From Gammaproteobacteria bacterium (GTDB lineage: Bacteria; Pseudomonadota; Gammaproteobacteria; CAJXQU01), in NCBI GenBank assembly GCA_965238175.1, contig CBDEGZ010000003.1, positions 2,080,001 to 2,144,000 of the forward strand: DNA of 64,000 bases. The letters are read 5' to 3'. Below the pieces are notes generated by a model. That model had not been told where the DNA came from and ran no database searches. It saw only the letters and a list, made by a program, of their open reading frames with translations. Shown one piece after another: positions 10,475 through 19,830 of the stretch. Each line of letters opens with the position of its first letter. Position 1 is the first letter of the stretch. The translations under genes and the position numbers were made by a program.

Positions 10475-12415
10475 TTGCATTATCAGATGATGAAGAATGA
10501 TAGAAAGGACTACATAAAAATGGATATTGGCGTATCGCAGTTATTGCTAATTTCTACGAGGCATCAAAAAGTTCGGCAACGGAATTTATTGACGATTGGC
10601 CTTGTTATCATTATGCAATTGTTGATTATGCAAACCGTATTTGCGGCACAAATGCTAAATGATATAGGGTTTGTTTCTTTACCGAGTGAGCGCGTGCAGA
10701 TCCATATGGATTTCTCAGAAGTATTGAAGGAAGAGCTTCTCAGTTTTACGATTGATAGCCCATCAAGAATAGTGCTTGATTTTCTGGATACTACGGTGGT
10801 GCTCAAAGACAAAACTCAATTAATCGAGATGGGTTCAGCACATAGTGTAACTGCGATTGAGGCAAATGGCCTGACACGTGTTGTGCTAAATCTTGTGAAG
10901 ATGGTGCCTTATGAACTTAAAGTGGCGGGAAATATTGTCATTCTAACGTTGGGCAATTCTAAAGTATCGAAAATACTGAACCAAGCTGTTGATCAAGTGG
11001 CACCTTCAAACACGATGAGGCAAGAAAACAGTGATGTAGCTGAACAAATAGAAATAGCATCAGCATCAACTTCAGGACTACATCTTAGTGATATCGAGTC
11101 AGAAGCCCATGGTTTACGTTTGCCTGATCAGCCTGTACCTTATCTGGCGGATGAAGAATTGCCAGCGAGAGCAGCTCCACTGTTAGAATTAGGTGGTGAT
11201 TTTCTGGGCACAGGAAAGCTCAAGCCTGGTTTTGGCTTACCGACAGGAGCAGTGTGGCAGCCTCGCTTATGGGTGTATGGAACTCAGCGAACAGCGTTAC
11301 AGCATTACAGGGCAGGTAGCGGGCCTGCTGTCTCTGAATGGATGAATCGTCTGGATTTGTTTGGTAATTTACAACTTACGGGGACAGAACGTATCCTTAT
11401 CGGCTTTACACCCTTTCACGAAGATGATCAGTTTACCGGACAGGTTTTTGAACCGGGCTCGGAACGTGGCTTTAAAAATAACCTGAATCTAGATATTCAG
11501 ACGCTTTTTTTTGAGGGCGATTTAGCGGAGCTCTTTCCGAGGTGGGATTATAGAGATTCGACATCGAATGATCTGGGGTTTTCTATCGGACGACAGGAGA
11601 TCGTTTTTCAGGATGGAATATTGATCGCTGATACTCTGGACGGTGTAGGTATCTCTCGAAATAATGTGCGTTTTACAGGTGTTCCCTGGCTGGTTAATCT
11701 GCGAACTACCTTTTTCTTTGGCTGGGACGAGATCCACCGTAATGACAATCAGGAAGATCGTAATGCCAGTTTGTATGGTCTGTTCACGCAACTAGATACT
11801 TCGTTCAGTACCATTGATTTCGATATTGTTTATGTCGATTCGAATGATCTCGGCGGGGGAGATCTAATTTCTGCTGCAGTAGATTCGATTCAGCGTATTG
11901 GAAAAGTCAGTACGACGTTTCGTATTGCCGGTTCAAAGGCGCTGGATCAACGGACTGCTCAAGCTGACGACGGTGTATTACTGTTTACTGAAATCGCTTG
12001 GGTTCCTCCCTATACCCATAACCATGCTTACATTGATGCTTTTGTCAGCATTGATAACTTTACTTCAGCAGCGCGAGCACCACTTTCAGGCGGCCCATTA
12101 GGGCGTACTGGTCTATTATTTGCGGCATCAGGAATAGGTAGTGTGCCTCCCGCCATTGCTAATGGCACAGGGGATTCTTTTGGGATTATTGCGGGCTATC
12201 AACTATTTTTTGACAACGATAGGCGGCAGTTATTACTTGAAGTGGGTGGTCGTACTGGGGATGATCAAAAGCAGGTTGATACTGTCGGTGTTGGAGTTCG
12301 CTTACAACAGGCACTGGGCAGACGCTTTATTGTTGAACTTAGTAGTTATGCTGCCAAACCGGAGCATATGGATATGCAATATGGAACAAGGGGAGAATTG
12401 TTGATCAAGTTCTAA
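10475..12415 (+). CDS. Outer-membrane beta-barrel with N-terminal AMIN domain
   Basis: N-terminal segment resembles the PilQ AMIN domain (FTIDSPSRIVLDF...TRVVLNL); amphipathic strands follow; terminal Phe (ELLIKF). The true start is probably downstream of 10475. Confidence 0.7.
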   Translation: MHYQMMKNDRKDYIKMDIGVSQLLLISTRHQKVRQRNLLTIGLVIIMQLLIMQTVFAAQMLNDIGFVSLPSERVQIHMDFSEVLKEELLSFTIDSPSRIVLDFLDTTVVLKDKTQLIEMGSAHSVTAIEANGLTRVVLNLVKMVPYELKVAGNIVILTLGNSKVSKILNQAVDQVAPSNTMRQENSDVAEQIEIASASTSGLHLSDIESEAHGLRLPDQPVPYLADEELPARAAPLLELGGDFLGTGKLKPGFGLPTGAVWQPRLWVYGTQRTALQHYRAGSGPAVSEWMNRLDLFGNLQLTGTERILIGFTPFHEDDQFTGQVFEPGSERGFKNNLNLDIQTLFFEGDLAELFPRWDYRDSTSNDLGFSIGRQEIVFQDGILIADTLDGVGISRNNVRFTGVPWLVNLRTTFFFGWDEIHRNDNQEDRNASLYGLFTQLDTSFSTIDFDIVYVDSNDLGGGDLISAAVDSIQRIGKVSTTFRIAGSKALDQRTAQADDGVLLFTEIAWVPPYTHNHAYIDAFVSIDNFTSAARAPLSGGPLGRTGLLFAASGIGSVPPAIANGTGDSFGIIAGYQLFFDNDRRQLLLEVGGRTGDDQKQVDTVGVGVRLQQALGRRFIVELSSYAAKPEHMDMQYGTRGELLIKF

Positions 12416-12420
12416 CGACT

Positions 12421-13707
12421 ATGGAAAGAGATATACTATTTCAAGGATTAGCCTATATTGTCATATTTGCAGCTTTTGTGCAGTTGTTGGCCTTTTTATA
12501 TTCACTCTGGTGTAGCGTTGTACAGGCACGCGTGCAAAATGAGATTTCTATTCAGATGTTACGTCAACAGTTGGGGCAAGAGACATTGACTGCGGCACTT
12601 GAGCGTAGTCGATCAGAATCGGGTTGGACTGGTTTACGTAAATTCAGAATTGATGAGAAAGTTGATGAAGGTGCAGATATTTACTCATTCTATCTCAGCG
12701 CGCATGATGGCCAGATCATACCTTCTTTTCTACCAGGCCAACACCTGACTTTTCGTTTGCGGATACCGGGTAAGGATAAACTGGTGACCTGTTGCTACTC
12801 ACTGTCAGATAGCCCACAGACTGACAGATATCGCATCTCGGTTAAAAGACTCGCACCGCCTGATGAGCAACCAGATCTCCCTGCAGGTTTGGTTTCGGAT
12901 TATTTCCATCACCAGCTTGGAAAGGGTGATATTGTGGATGTCATAAGTCCTTCTGGGAAATTTTATTTGGATATGACCCGACATACACCGGTAGTATTGA
13001 TTGGAGCCGGGATAGGTGTCACACCCGTACTTAGTATGCTCAATAGTATTTGTCAGGCAAATATCCAACGGGAAACATGGTTCTTCTATGGTGTTCGCAA
13101 TAGCAATGAACAGATTATGCGACCTCATCTGGAAATGTTGGCCAATAATAATGAAAATGTACATATGCAGTTTTGCTATAGTCAGCCGCTACATAAAGAT
13201 GAACCAGGGATGGACTTTCATCATCCTGAACGAGTGAGTATAGAACTGTTGCAAAAAATATTACCCTCCAATAATTATGATTTTTACATTTGTGGACCGT
13301 TGGTAATGATGCAGTCCTTGGAAATAGGTTTGAAAGCTTGGGGTGTGCCCGATAATAAGATTCATATGGAGCGGTTTGGTCCTAGTAGTGGAAGTGCACA
13401 AATAGCAGCTAACCAAAAGGTTCTGTCATATAGCGGATCTCAATCATCAGAAGAGTATACGGTCAATTTTGCCCGATCAGGTAAATCAGTGAAATGGATG
13501 GGAACGACGGAAAATCTACTGGAGCTTGCAGAAGAACATGACATTATCATTGATAGTTGCTGTCGGTCTGGTAATTGCGGTACTTGTATGACGGAAATTA
13601 AGTCTGGTGAAATCGATTACCGTGGAATCTCTGAGATGGTGGTCGCTCCTGGATACTGTCTCCCTTGTATTGCCCGACCTTCATCGGATGTTATACTGGA
13701 CGCCTGA
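12421..13707 (+). CDS. Membrane-anchored FAD/NAD(P)H oxidoreductase with C-terminal [2Fe-2S] ferredoxin
   Basis: N-terminal TM helix; YSLSD, GAGIGVTP, YICGP, ERF; CRSGNCGTC...C ferredoxin motif. Confidence 0.9.
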   Translation: MERDILFQGLAYIVIFAAFVQLLAFLYSLWCSVVQARVQNEISIQMLRQQLGQETLTAALERSRSESGWTGLRKFRIDEKVDEGADIYSFYLSAHDGQIIPSFLPGQHLTFRLRIPGKDKLVTCCYSLSDSPQTDRYRISVKRLAPPDEQPDLPAGLVSDYFHHQLGKGDIVDVISPSGKFYLDMTRHTPVVLIGAGIGVTPVLSMLNSICQANIQRETWFFYGVRNSNEQIMRPHLEMLANNNENVHMQFCYSQPLHKDEPGMDFHHPERVSIELLQKILPSNNYDFYICGPLVMMQSLEIGLKAWGVPDNKIHMERFGPSSGSAQIAANQKVLSYSGSQSSEEYTVNFARSGKSVKWMGTTENLLELAEEHDIIIDSCCRSGNCGTCMTEIKSGEIDYRGISEMVVAPGYCLPCIARPSSDVILDA

Positions 13708-13758
13708 GTTACAGATTATTCCCAAAGGCTACTAGAAATATTTAAATGGAGGTTAATA

Positions 13759-14769
13759 ATGAGCCATCTTAATTCAAAAAATATGTTACTTAGATTATGT
13801 GTGGGAGTTACATATCTGCTGTTTTCACGGTGTGTCTCGGCAACTCAGGATCTGCATTTGAATCCAGAAAAGGTTAAAGGCCCCGATGCTTGTGGCGAAT
13901 GCCATGAAGATGAAATGGCTATCTGGAAAAAAACTAAACACTCCACAACCTTTACCAAGTTACCACGCAAGGAAAAGGCTAAGGAAATTGCAGATAGAAT
14001 GGGTATTAAACGGATCAAGGCTGATAGTGATTGTCTGAATTGTCATTTCACCAGTGACCTTGTGGGGGAAAAAGTTAAACCTATTGCCGGCATTACTTGT
14101 GAATCATGTCATTCTGCCGGGCAAGACTGGATTGATGGACATAGTGACTTTGGTGGTAAAGATGTGAAAGCTGAAGATGAAACGTCAGAACACAAAAAAC
14201 AACGCTATGCAGAGGCAGAAAAGGCCGGAATGATCCGACCGAAAAATCTCTACGATCTAGCTCGAAACTGTTTTTCCTGCCATACGGTACCTAACGAAAA
14301 ACTGGTAAATATTGGCGAGCATAAAGCGGGAAGTAAGTTTGAATTGGTGCGTTGGAGTCAGGGTGATCTCAGGCATAATGTTTGGTATTCAAAGGAGAAC
14401 AAAGAGGCTTCCCTGGAGCGACGTCGAATGATGTTTCTGATCGGACAAGTGTTGGATCTTGAATATGGTCTGCGTGGACTTGCCAAGGCCACAAAAAAGG
14501 CTGCTTATGCCACCGCAATGGCCAAGCGAACACAATCTGCTCAACGCAGAGTTGAAAAGCTGGCAACTGTAGTTGAGTCAAAAGAGTTAAATACAATTGT
14601 TGAAACTGTAAAAAATACTGATCTCAAGTTGAATAATAGTAGTTCACTTTTAGCAGCAGCTGACAAAATTTCCAGCTTGGCACAACAGCTGGTTAGCAAA
14701 TATGATGGTAGCCAGTTTGTAGGTTTTGATGCATATTTACCCAAACCTGAAAAATATAAAAAGAATTGA
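13759..14769 (+). CDS. Exported tetraheme cytochrome c (c554-like)
   Basis: Signal peptide; CGECH, CLNCH, CESCH, CFSCH. Confidence 0.9.
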   Translation: MSHLNSKNMLLRLCVGVTYLLFSRCVSATQDLHLNPEKVKGPDACGECHEDEMAIWKKTKHSTTFTKLPRKEKAKEIADRMGIKRIKADSDCLNCHFTSDLVGEKVKPIAGITCESCHSAGQDWIDGHSDFGGKDVKAEDETSEHKKQRYAEAEKAGMIRPKNLYDLARNCFSCHTVPNEKLVNIGEHKAGSKFELVRWSQGDLRHNVWYSKENKEASLERRRMMFLIGQVLDLEYGLRGLAKATKKAAYATAMAKRTQSAQRRVEKLATVVESKELNTIVETVKNTDLKLNNSSSLLAAADKISSLAQQLVSKYDGSQFVGFDAYLPKPEKYKKN

Positions 14770-14833
14770 GTTATCAAGGCTATGCTGACGGGCATGAATA
14801 AACTATAAAAGGTTCTCATCAGTATCAGTCACT

Positions 14834-16561
14834 ATGAACAGAGATATTACATCAATTAAACGCCCAAAAAGATGGGATACCCCTTTCTGTGAAGATATGG
14901 ATGATGCCAAGATTCAGCAGGTGTTATTGCATGAACCCTTTGCCAGTATGGATCGAACACGTTTCCCCCAAAATCTGTCGCTAGAAGGGATCTTGAAGAA
15001 TGATTGCCGGGTGCGTACCTATCGTGATGCAGAAGTTGTCATACGTGCAGGTGATTATGGCCACTCTGCTTTTTTTATCTTAAGTGGTCATGCCAGGGTA
15101 ATCCTTCCAACAAATTTACCTGATGAATTATTGGGTAGAAGCACTATAAAGAAAAAAAATATTTTTAGATCTATCGCCCAATTGTGGACCAATGATCACT
15201 ATCCTGAGGTACGAAATGTTGGTCAATATAAATCGGGTAACACGGAAAATAAAATAGATAATAATGATGAAGTACGTATTTTTTTACAGGATATTCCTGG
15301 TGTTATAAACAGGAACCATTCTACGGTCTTAGAAACTGGAGATATATTTGGAGAGGTTGCAGCACTATCACGTAGCTCGCGTGAAGCCACGGTTATTACT
15401 GAAGGTAAAACAGTTTTGTTGGAAATGCGTTGGGCAGCGTTACGAGATATTAGAAAGTGGATCAATGAATTCCGCTTACATGTTGATCGCCTTTACCGTG
15501 AACAAAGCCTGGTTTCTCATTTGCAGTCAACGGAGTTATTTACCCACTTAAGTCTTGATATTATTGAACATATTGCCGAGCAAACTTTATTTGAATCTCA
15601 CGGTGATTTTGAGTGGTATAAAGAATATAAAAAACAGTTAAGTTCGAGCGAGCCCTCCAGCCGGATCGATAATGCGCCAGTAATCGTTGCTGAAGGTGAT
15701 TACCCAGACGGATTATTATTGATCAGATCTGGTTTCGCCCAGGTTGTAAAGAAAATCAACCATGGTTTTATGACGATGGAATATTTGGGCAGAGGGGCTA
15801 GCTTCGGCTTGGGTGAGATCATTGAGCATTCTCAGGGAAATTCAAAGATCACCTCCAAAACTGGTTTACGAGCGTTGGGATATACGGATGTTTTACGTGT
15901 ACCTACCTTCCTGATCGAAAAATATGTGCTTCCCAACCTTTCACAGAGCAAACGTGTCAAGTTGATCAACACGTACAAAACGATTGCACTAGAAAGTGAT
16001 GAGAATAGTATCCCTGAAGCACCAGTCGATACAGGTTTGCTGGAATTTTTTGTCGAGCACCACTACATTAATGGTGAGGCTACGATGTTGATCGACCTTG
16101 ATAAATGTACACGTTGTGACGAATGTGTGGTGGCATGTGCCACGGCACATAACAACAATCCCCGCTTTAATCGACACGGTGAAACCTATGACCATTATAT
16201 GGTGGCCAATGCCTGTATGCAGTGTTCTGATCCTGTATGCATGATCGGCTGTCCGACAGGTGCCATTCACCGATCAACGACAACAGGTACAGTCACTATC
16301 AACGACAGCAGCTGTATAGGTTGTTCAGTCTGTGCTAATGCGTGCCCTTATAATAATATTCGTATGGTACCTATCAGGGATCAACAGGGAGAACGTATTT
16401 TGGACAAGGATACCAATGTCCCTATCACTAAGGCCACCAAATGTGATCTATGTATAGCTCAGCCTGGCGGGCCTGCTTGTCAGCGTGCATGCCCACATGA
16501 TGCTCTGACCAGGGTGGATATGCATGACTTACCAAAGCTGGCAGAATGGTTAAACCGTTGA
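14834..16561 (+). CDS. Tandem cNMP-binding domain protein fused to a 4x[4Fe-4S] (DmsB/NrfC-like) domain
   Basis: GDIFGEVAALSRSSREATV phosphate-binding cassette; second degenerate cNMP domain; four Cys groups CTRCDECVVAC, CMQCSDPVCMIGCP, CIGCSVCANACP, CDLC...CQRACP; no export signal. Confidence 0.88.
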   Translation: MNRDITSIKRPKRWDTPFCEDMDDAKIQQVLLHEPFASMDRTRFPQNLSLEGILKNDCRVRTYRDAEVVIRAGDYGHSAFFILSGHARVILPTNLPDELLGRSTIKKKNIFRSIAQLWTNDHYPEVRNVGQYKSGNTENKIDNNDEVRIFLQDIPGVINRNHSTVLETGDIFGEVAALSRSSREATVITEGKTVLLEMRWAALRDIRKWINEFRLHVDRLYREQSLVSHLQSTELFTHLSLDIIEHIAEQTLFESHGDFEWYKEYKKQLSSSEPSSRIDNAPVIVAEGDYPDGLLLIRSGFAQVVKKINHGFMTMEYLGRGASFGLGEIIEHSQGNSKITSKTGLRALGYTDVLRVPTFLIEKYVLPNLSQSKRVKLINTYKTIALESDENSIPEAPVDTGLLEFFVEHHYINGEATMLIDLDKCTRCDECVVACATAHNNNPRFNRHGETYDHYMVANACMQCSDPVCMIGCPTGAIHRSTTTGTVTINDSSCIGCSVCANACPYNNIRMVPIRDQQGERILDKDTNVPITKATKCDLCIAQPGGPACQRACPHDALTRVDMHDLPKLAEWLNR

Positions 16562-17379
16562 TGAGATTACCGAAGTTTGTTATTAAACTTTTGTTCGTGA
16601 TTATTCTTGCTATTATCATATGGTTTTTAATTAGTGCTAGGCAGATTAACCTTGAGGCTCAGCAGTATTTCTCTGGCTGGCTTCTGGTAAGCAGTATCTT
16701 GTTGTTAATGCTCTATGGCATTCGTAAAAGATTCTCTATGTTGCCGTTGAAATCCAATGCATGGTGGTTGCAGCTACATATTTATCTGGGCATGTTGACA
16801 ACTTTGGTGTTTTTTTGTCATGTCGAGTGGTCTTTGCCCAATGGCTGGTTGGAAACAACACTGTATATTCTTTTCATCAGTATTCTTCTGAGTGGTTTAA
16901 TTGGGCTGTATCTGAGTAAAACCATACCGCGGAAGCTCACACAACGTGGTGGGGAAGTGATCTATGAACGTATCCCCAGTTTTATCAGGGAATTGCGCGA
17001 GGAAGCACAACAGCTTGTCGTGGAAACCACCAGAAAGACAGGTTCTTCAACCCTGGCTGATTTTTATCTTAATCATCTTGCTGGTTTTTTTGCTAAACAG
17101 AGAAATTTTTCCAGGCATTTAATCCGATCACATAGCCAGATGGTCAAGTTACTGGAAAAGCTGGAGGATCTGGAAAGGTATTTGGATCCAGAGGAGCGAA
17201 GATATGCAAGACAATTTGCTGTATTAGTAAAGAAAAAAGATTATCTTGATTATCACTACGCATTGCAGTTTTTACTCAAGGGTTGGTTGTTGATCCATGT
17301 GCCTCTGATCTCCGGAGTGTTCGTTTTTCTGTGTATGCATGTGGTTTTGGTTTACGCATTTCATAGCGCAGTACAGTGA
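16561..17379 (+). CDS. Integral membrane protein, putative di-heme cytochrome b
   Basis: Several TM helices; two H-x13-H pairs (HIYLGMLTTLVFFCH and HVPLISGVFVFLCMH); ATG overlaps the upstream TGA. Confidence 0.65.
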   Translation: MRLPKFVIKLLFVIILAIIIWFLISARQINLEAQQYFSGWLLVSSILLLMLYGIRKRFSMLPLKSNAWWLQLHIYLGMLTTLVFFCHVEWSLPNGWLETTLYILFISILLSGLIGLYLSKTIPRKLTQRGGEVIYERIPSFIRELREEAQQLVVETTRKTGSSTLADFYLNHLAGFFAKQRNFSRHLIRSHSQMVKLLEKLEDLERYLDPEERRYARQFAVLVKKKDYLDYHYALQFLLKGWLLIHVPLISGVFVFLCMHVVLVYAFHSAVQ

Positions 17380-19610
17380 ATTATATCCCGCTACAAAAAT
17401 TTGACTACCTTAGTAGTCCCTATGCGCGGCCTAATGATAAATGGACTTGTGGTCGAGCCCGTGAAGGTAAACCCTGCCCCCTGGGACCCAATAAGAAAGG
17501 TCACTGCCAGGCTACTTATGAATGTCACCCACATAAGAAAGATGAACGTTGGCTCTGTAGCCGTTCTTCACTACATGGAGGGCGGTGTGAAAATGGGCCA
17601 TTACCTGACGGTGTTTGTTGCCGCAAAATTGAGCGTTGTTGTCCTACCCGTAGCTGGCGGGCCAGGCGTAGCTATATCAGTCGATGGTTTTTTGTATTAT
17701 GTCTGGGCATCTTGGTGCTACTGTTGTTCGGATCAGATAGGGCCGCATTTATAAGTCCGGGTAAATTAACCGCCAGCCATGCTGGTATTGAAGACTGCAA
17801 GAATTGCCATAGTGCCTTTGAAAAGGGGGTGACACATTGGCTGCAGTCAGCACTTAAACTGGATGCCGGTACAGATGACAGTCAGCGTTGTCTATCATGT
17901 CACGTTATCAAGAAAAATGCACAAAGTCCTCATAATCTGGATAAAGATTCTTTAGAAGGATTAACCCGCGAGGCTACGGTAGCCAGTGAAAAGCTGTTCA
18001 TGCCCTATCTGTCTATTGCAACAGGGTTACTACCTGCAAAAGAGCAGCATGGGACATTAACCTGTGCCCTCTGTCATCGGCAACACCAAATGGGTGAAAC
18101 AAACTTTTCAGGTATTAAGGAGCAACGTTGTCAGGTTTGTCATACAGCACAATTTGAGAGCTTTGCAACGGGCCATCCTGAATTTAATCGCTTTGCCTAC
18201 TCGCAGCGTACCCCGATTAATTTTGATCATACCAGCCATTTATATAAACACTTTGAGGATGAAAAGTATAAGGATCAGGCTCAAAAAGAGTGTCTTGAAT
18301 GTCACCAACCGGATGCCGAGGGCCACAGCATGCTAGTAGATTCATTTGATGCGGTTTGTAGTGGGTGTCATCGTTCACAGATCATGGGACAGGAACGATC
18401 AGGCTCGAAAGGTGTGGTCGTGATGAATGTGCCAGGTCTGGATCTGGAAGTTTTGCGTGCAAATGATTTATTGATTGGGAGTTGGCCAGTGTCTTCAGAC
18501 GAAGAACTCACTCCCTTGATGGCCTTATTGTTATCAGCTGATCCTGCCTTCGTTAAGGCACAAAAGCAGCTTGTTGATATCGATCTAATGGATCTATCTT
18601 TGGCAACGGAAGAACAGTTGAAAGCAGTGGTTGATATAGGTTGGTGTATTAAACAATTTCTATTGGCGTTGACAGAACTAGGGACGACTGAGATTAAAAG
18701 AAGATTGGAAATTCTCAGTGAAGAGAAGTTATCTCGAATTCAGATGAAATCTCTGTTGGCATTGCCAGAGGATGTTTTACGCAGTGCACAGCAGCAATGG
18801 TTTCCGCAGTTAATGGAAGAGATGCATCTTTTCGAGGTTGGAGATACTAAGGCTTTACTGCAACTTGGAAAGGTAGTTGATAAAAGTCCGATACCAGTAG
18901 TCCACGATACAGAGAAGCAATCGAAATTAACGTTGGAGTCAGATGAACTTATTTTAGAAGAAGAGTTGCCCCTTGGTGAGAATGATGCTGCCCTTTTTAC
19001 TGAACAAGATGAAGATGATCCCTTTGCTGAAGAAAAATCGACTGAACAAACGAGTATTGCTCCTGTACGACTTGAAGCTGAACAATGGGCAGCTTTTGGT
19101 GGTTGGTTCCGTGGTGATTTTTCTTTATCTTATGCGCCACAGGGACATGCCGATCCCTTTCTAAAACATTGGATAGACTACTTGGCAAGTCAAAAAAACC
19201 ACTTTGAGAAACGTGGTTTTCAAGCTCTTATGAAAGGCACCCCGCCTGGAGCATGTAATAAGTGCCATAGTATTAGTCGCCTAGAAGCTGGTGGAGTTAC
19301 AGTAAACTGGGCATCAGAAGACAAAAAGAGGCTGATGGTTCCCGGTTTTACCAAATTTTCACATACTTCTCATTTTTATACGGCCGATGGTAAGGGGTGT
19401 GAAAATTGTCATATGATTGATAAGAAAGCGGACTATGCTGCGAGTTATGAACAAGATGATCCACATAGTTTTAAAAGCAATTTTAAACCTATACAACGCC
19501 AGGAATGTACGGCCTGTCATCAACAAGGATTAGCAGGGGACACTTGTTTACAGTGCCACAATTATCACGTAACAGATATTCTCTATGAGCTCATGCCAGA
19601 GAAGCATTAA
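17376..19610 (+). CDS. Membrane-anchored decaheme cytochrome c with Cys-rich N-terminal domain
   Basis: Ten CxxCH motifs after a single TM helix; ten Cys before the helix. Confidence 0.88.
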   Translation: MNYIPLQKFDYLSSPYARPNDKWTCGRAREGKPCPLGPNKKGHCQATYECHPHKKDERWLCSRSSLHGGRCENGPLPDGVCCRKIERCCPTRSWRARRSYISRWFFVLCLGILVLLLFGSDRAAFISPGKLTASHAGIEDCKNCHSAFEKGVTHWLQSALKLDAGTDDSQRCLSCHVIKKNAQSPHNLDKDSLEGLTREATVASEKLFMPYLSIATGLLPAKEQHGTLTCALCHRQHQMGETNFSGIKEQRCQVCHTAQFESFATGHPEFNRFAYSQRTPINFDHTSHLYKHFEDEKYKDQAQKECLECHQPDAEGHSMLVDSFDAVCSGCHRSQIMGQERSGSKGVVVMNVPGLDLEVLRANDLLIGSWPVSSDEELTPLMALLLSADPAFVKAQKQLVDIDLMDLSLATEEQLKAVVDIGWCIKQFLLALTELGTTEIKRRLEILSEEKLSRIQMKSLLALPEDVLRSAQQQWFPQLMEEMHLFEVGDTKALLQLGKVVDKSPIPVVHDTEKQSKLTLESDELILEEELPLGENDAALFTEQDEDDPFAEEKSTEQTSIAPVRLEAEQWAAFGGWFRGDFSLSYAPQGHADPFLKHWIDYLASQKNHFEKRGFQALMKGTPPGACNKCHSISRLEAGGVTVNWASEDKKRLMVPGFTKFSHTSHFYTADGKGCENCHMIDKKADYAASYEQDDPHSFKSNFKPIQRQECTACHQQGLAGDTCLQCHNYHVTDILYELMPEKH

Positions 19611-19794
19611 TCCTGTAAACTCAACCTGTAGTGGCGAGGAAATGCATAATGTTCTCACGCACTGAATGAGCGAATTAAAAATGGGTAGCTTAGGTCATTG
19701 AATCAGGTAAAAGAGTCAGCTGAGGATCTTAGATGTACGACTTTGTTTCAGATCATGATCTATAACTTGATTATGAATTTAGCTTCAATATGGA

Positions 19795-19821
19795 AATAGC
19801 CTTATTTGAAATAAGGCTATT
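19795..19821. terminator. Probable bidirectional terminator
   Basis: AATAGCCTTATTT-G-AAATAAGGCTATT between convergent genes. Confidence 0.6.
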
Positions 19822-19830
19822 CATTAAACC

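Noticed and set aside
12421-13707. Reductase partner of the Rieske oxygenase at 410-1561
   Set aside because: It is about 11 kb away, membrane anchored and embedded in the cytochrome operon. Possible but unsupported.
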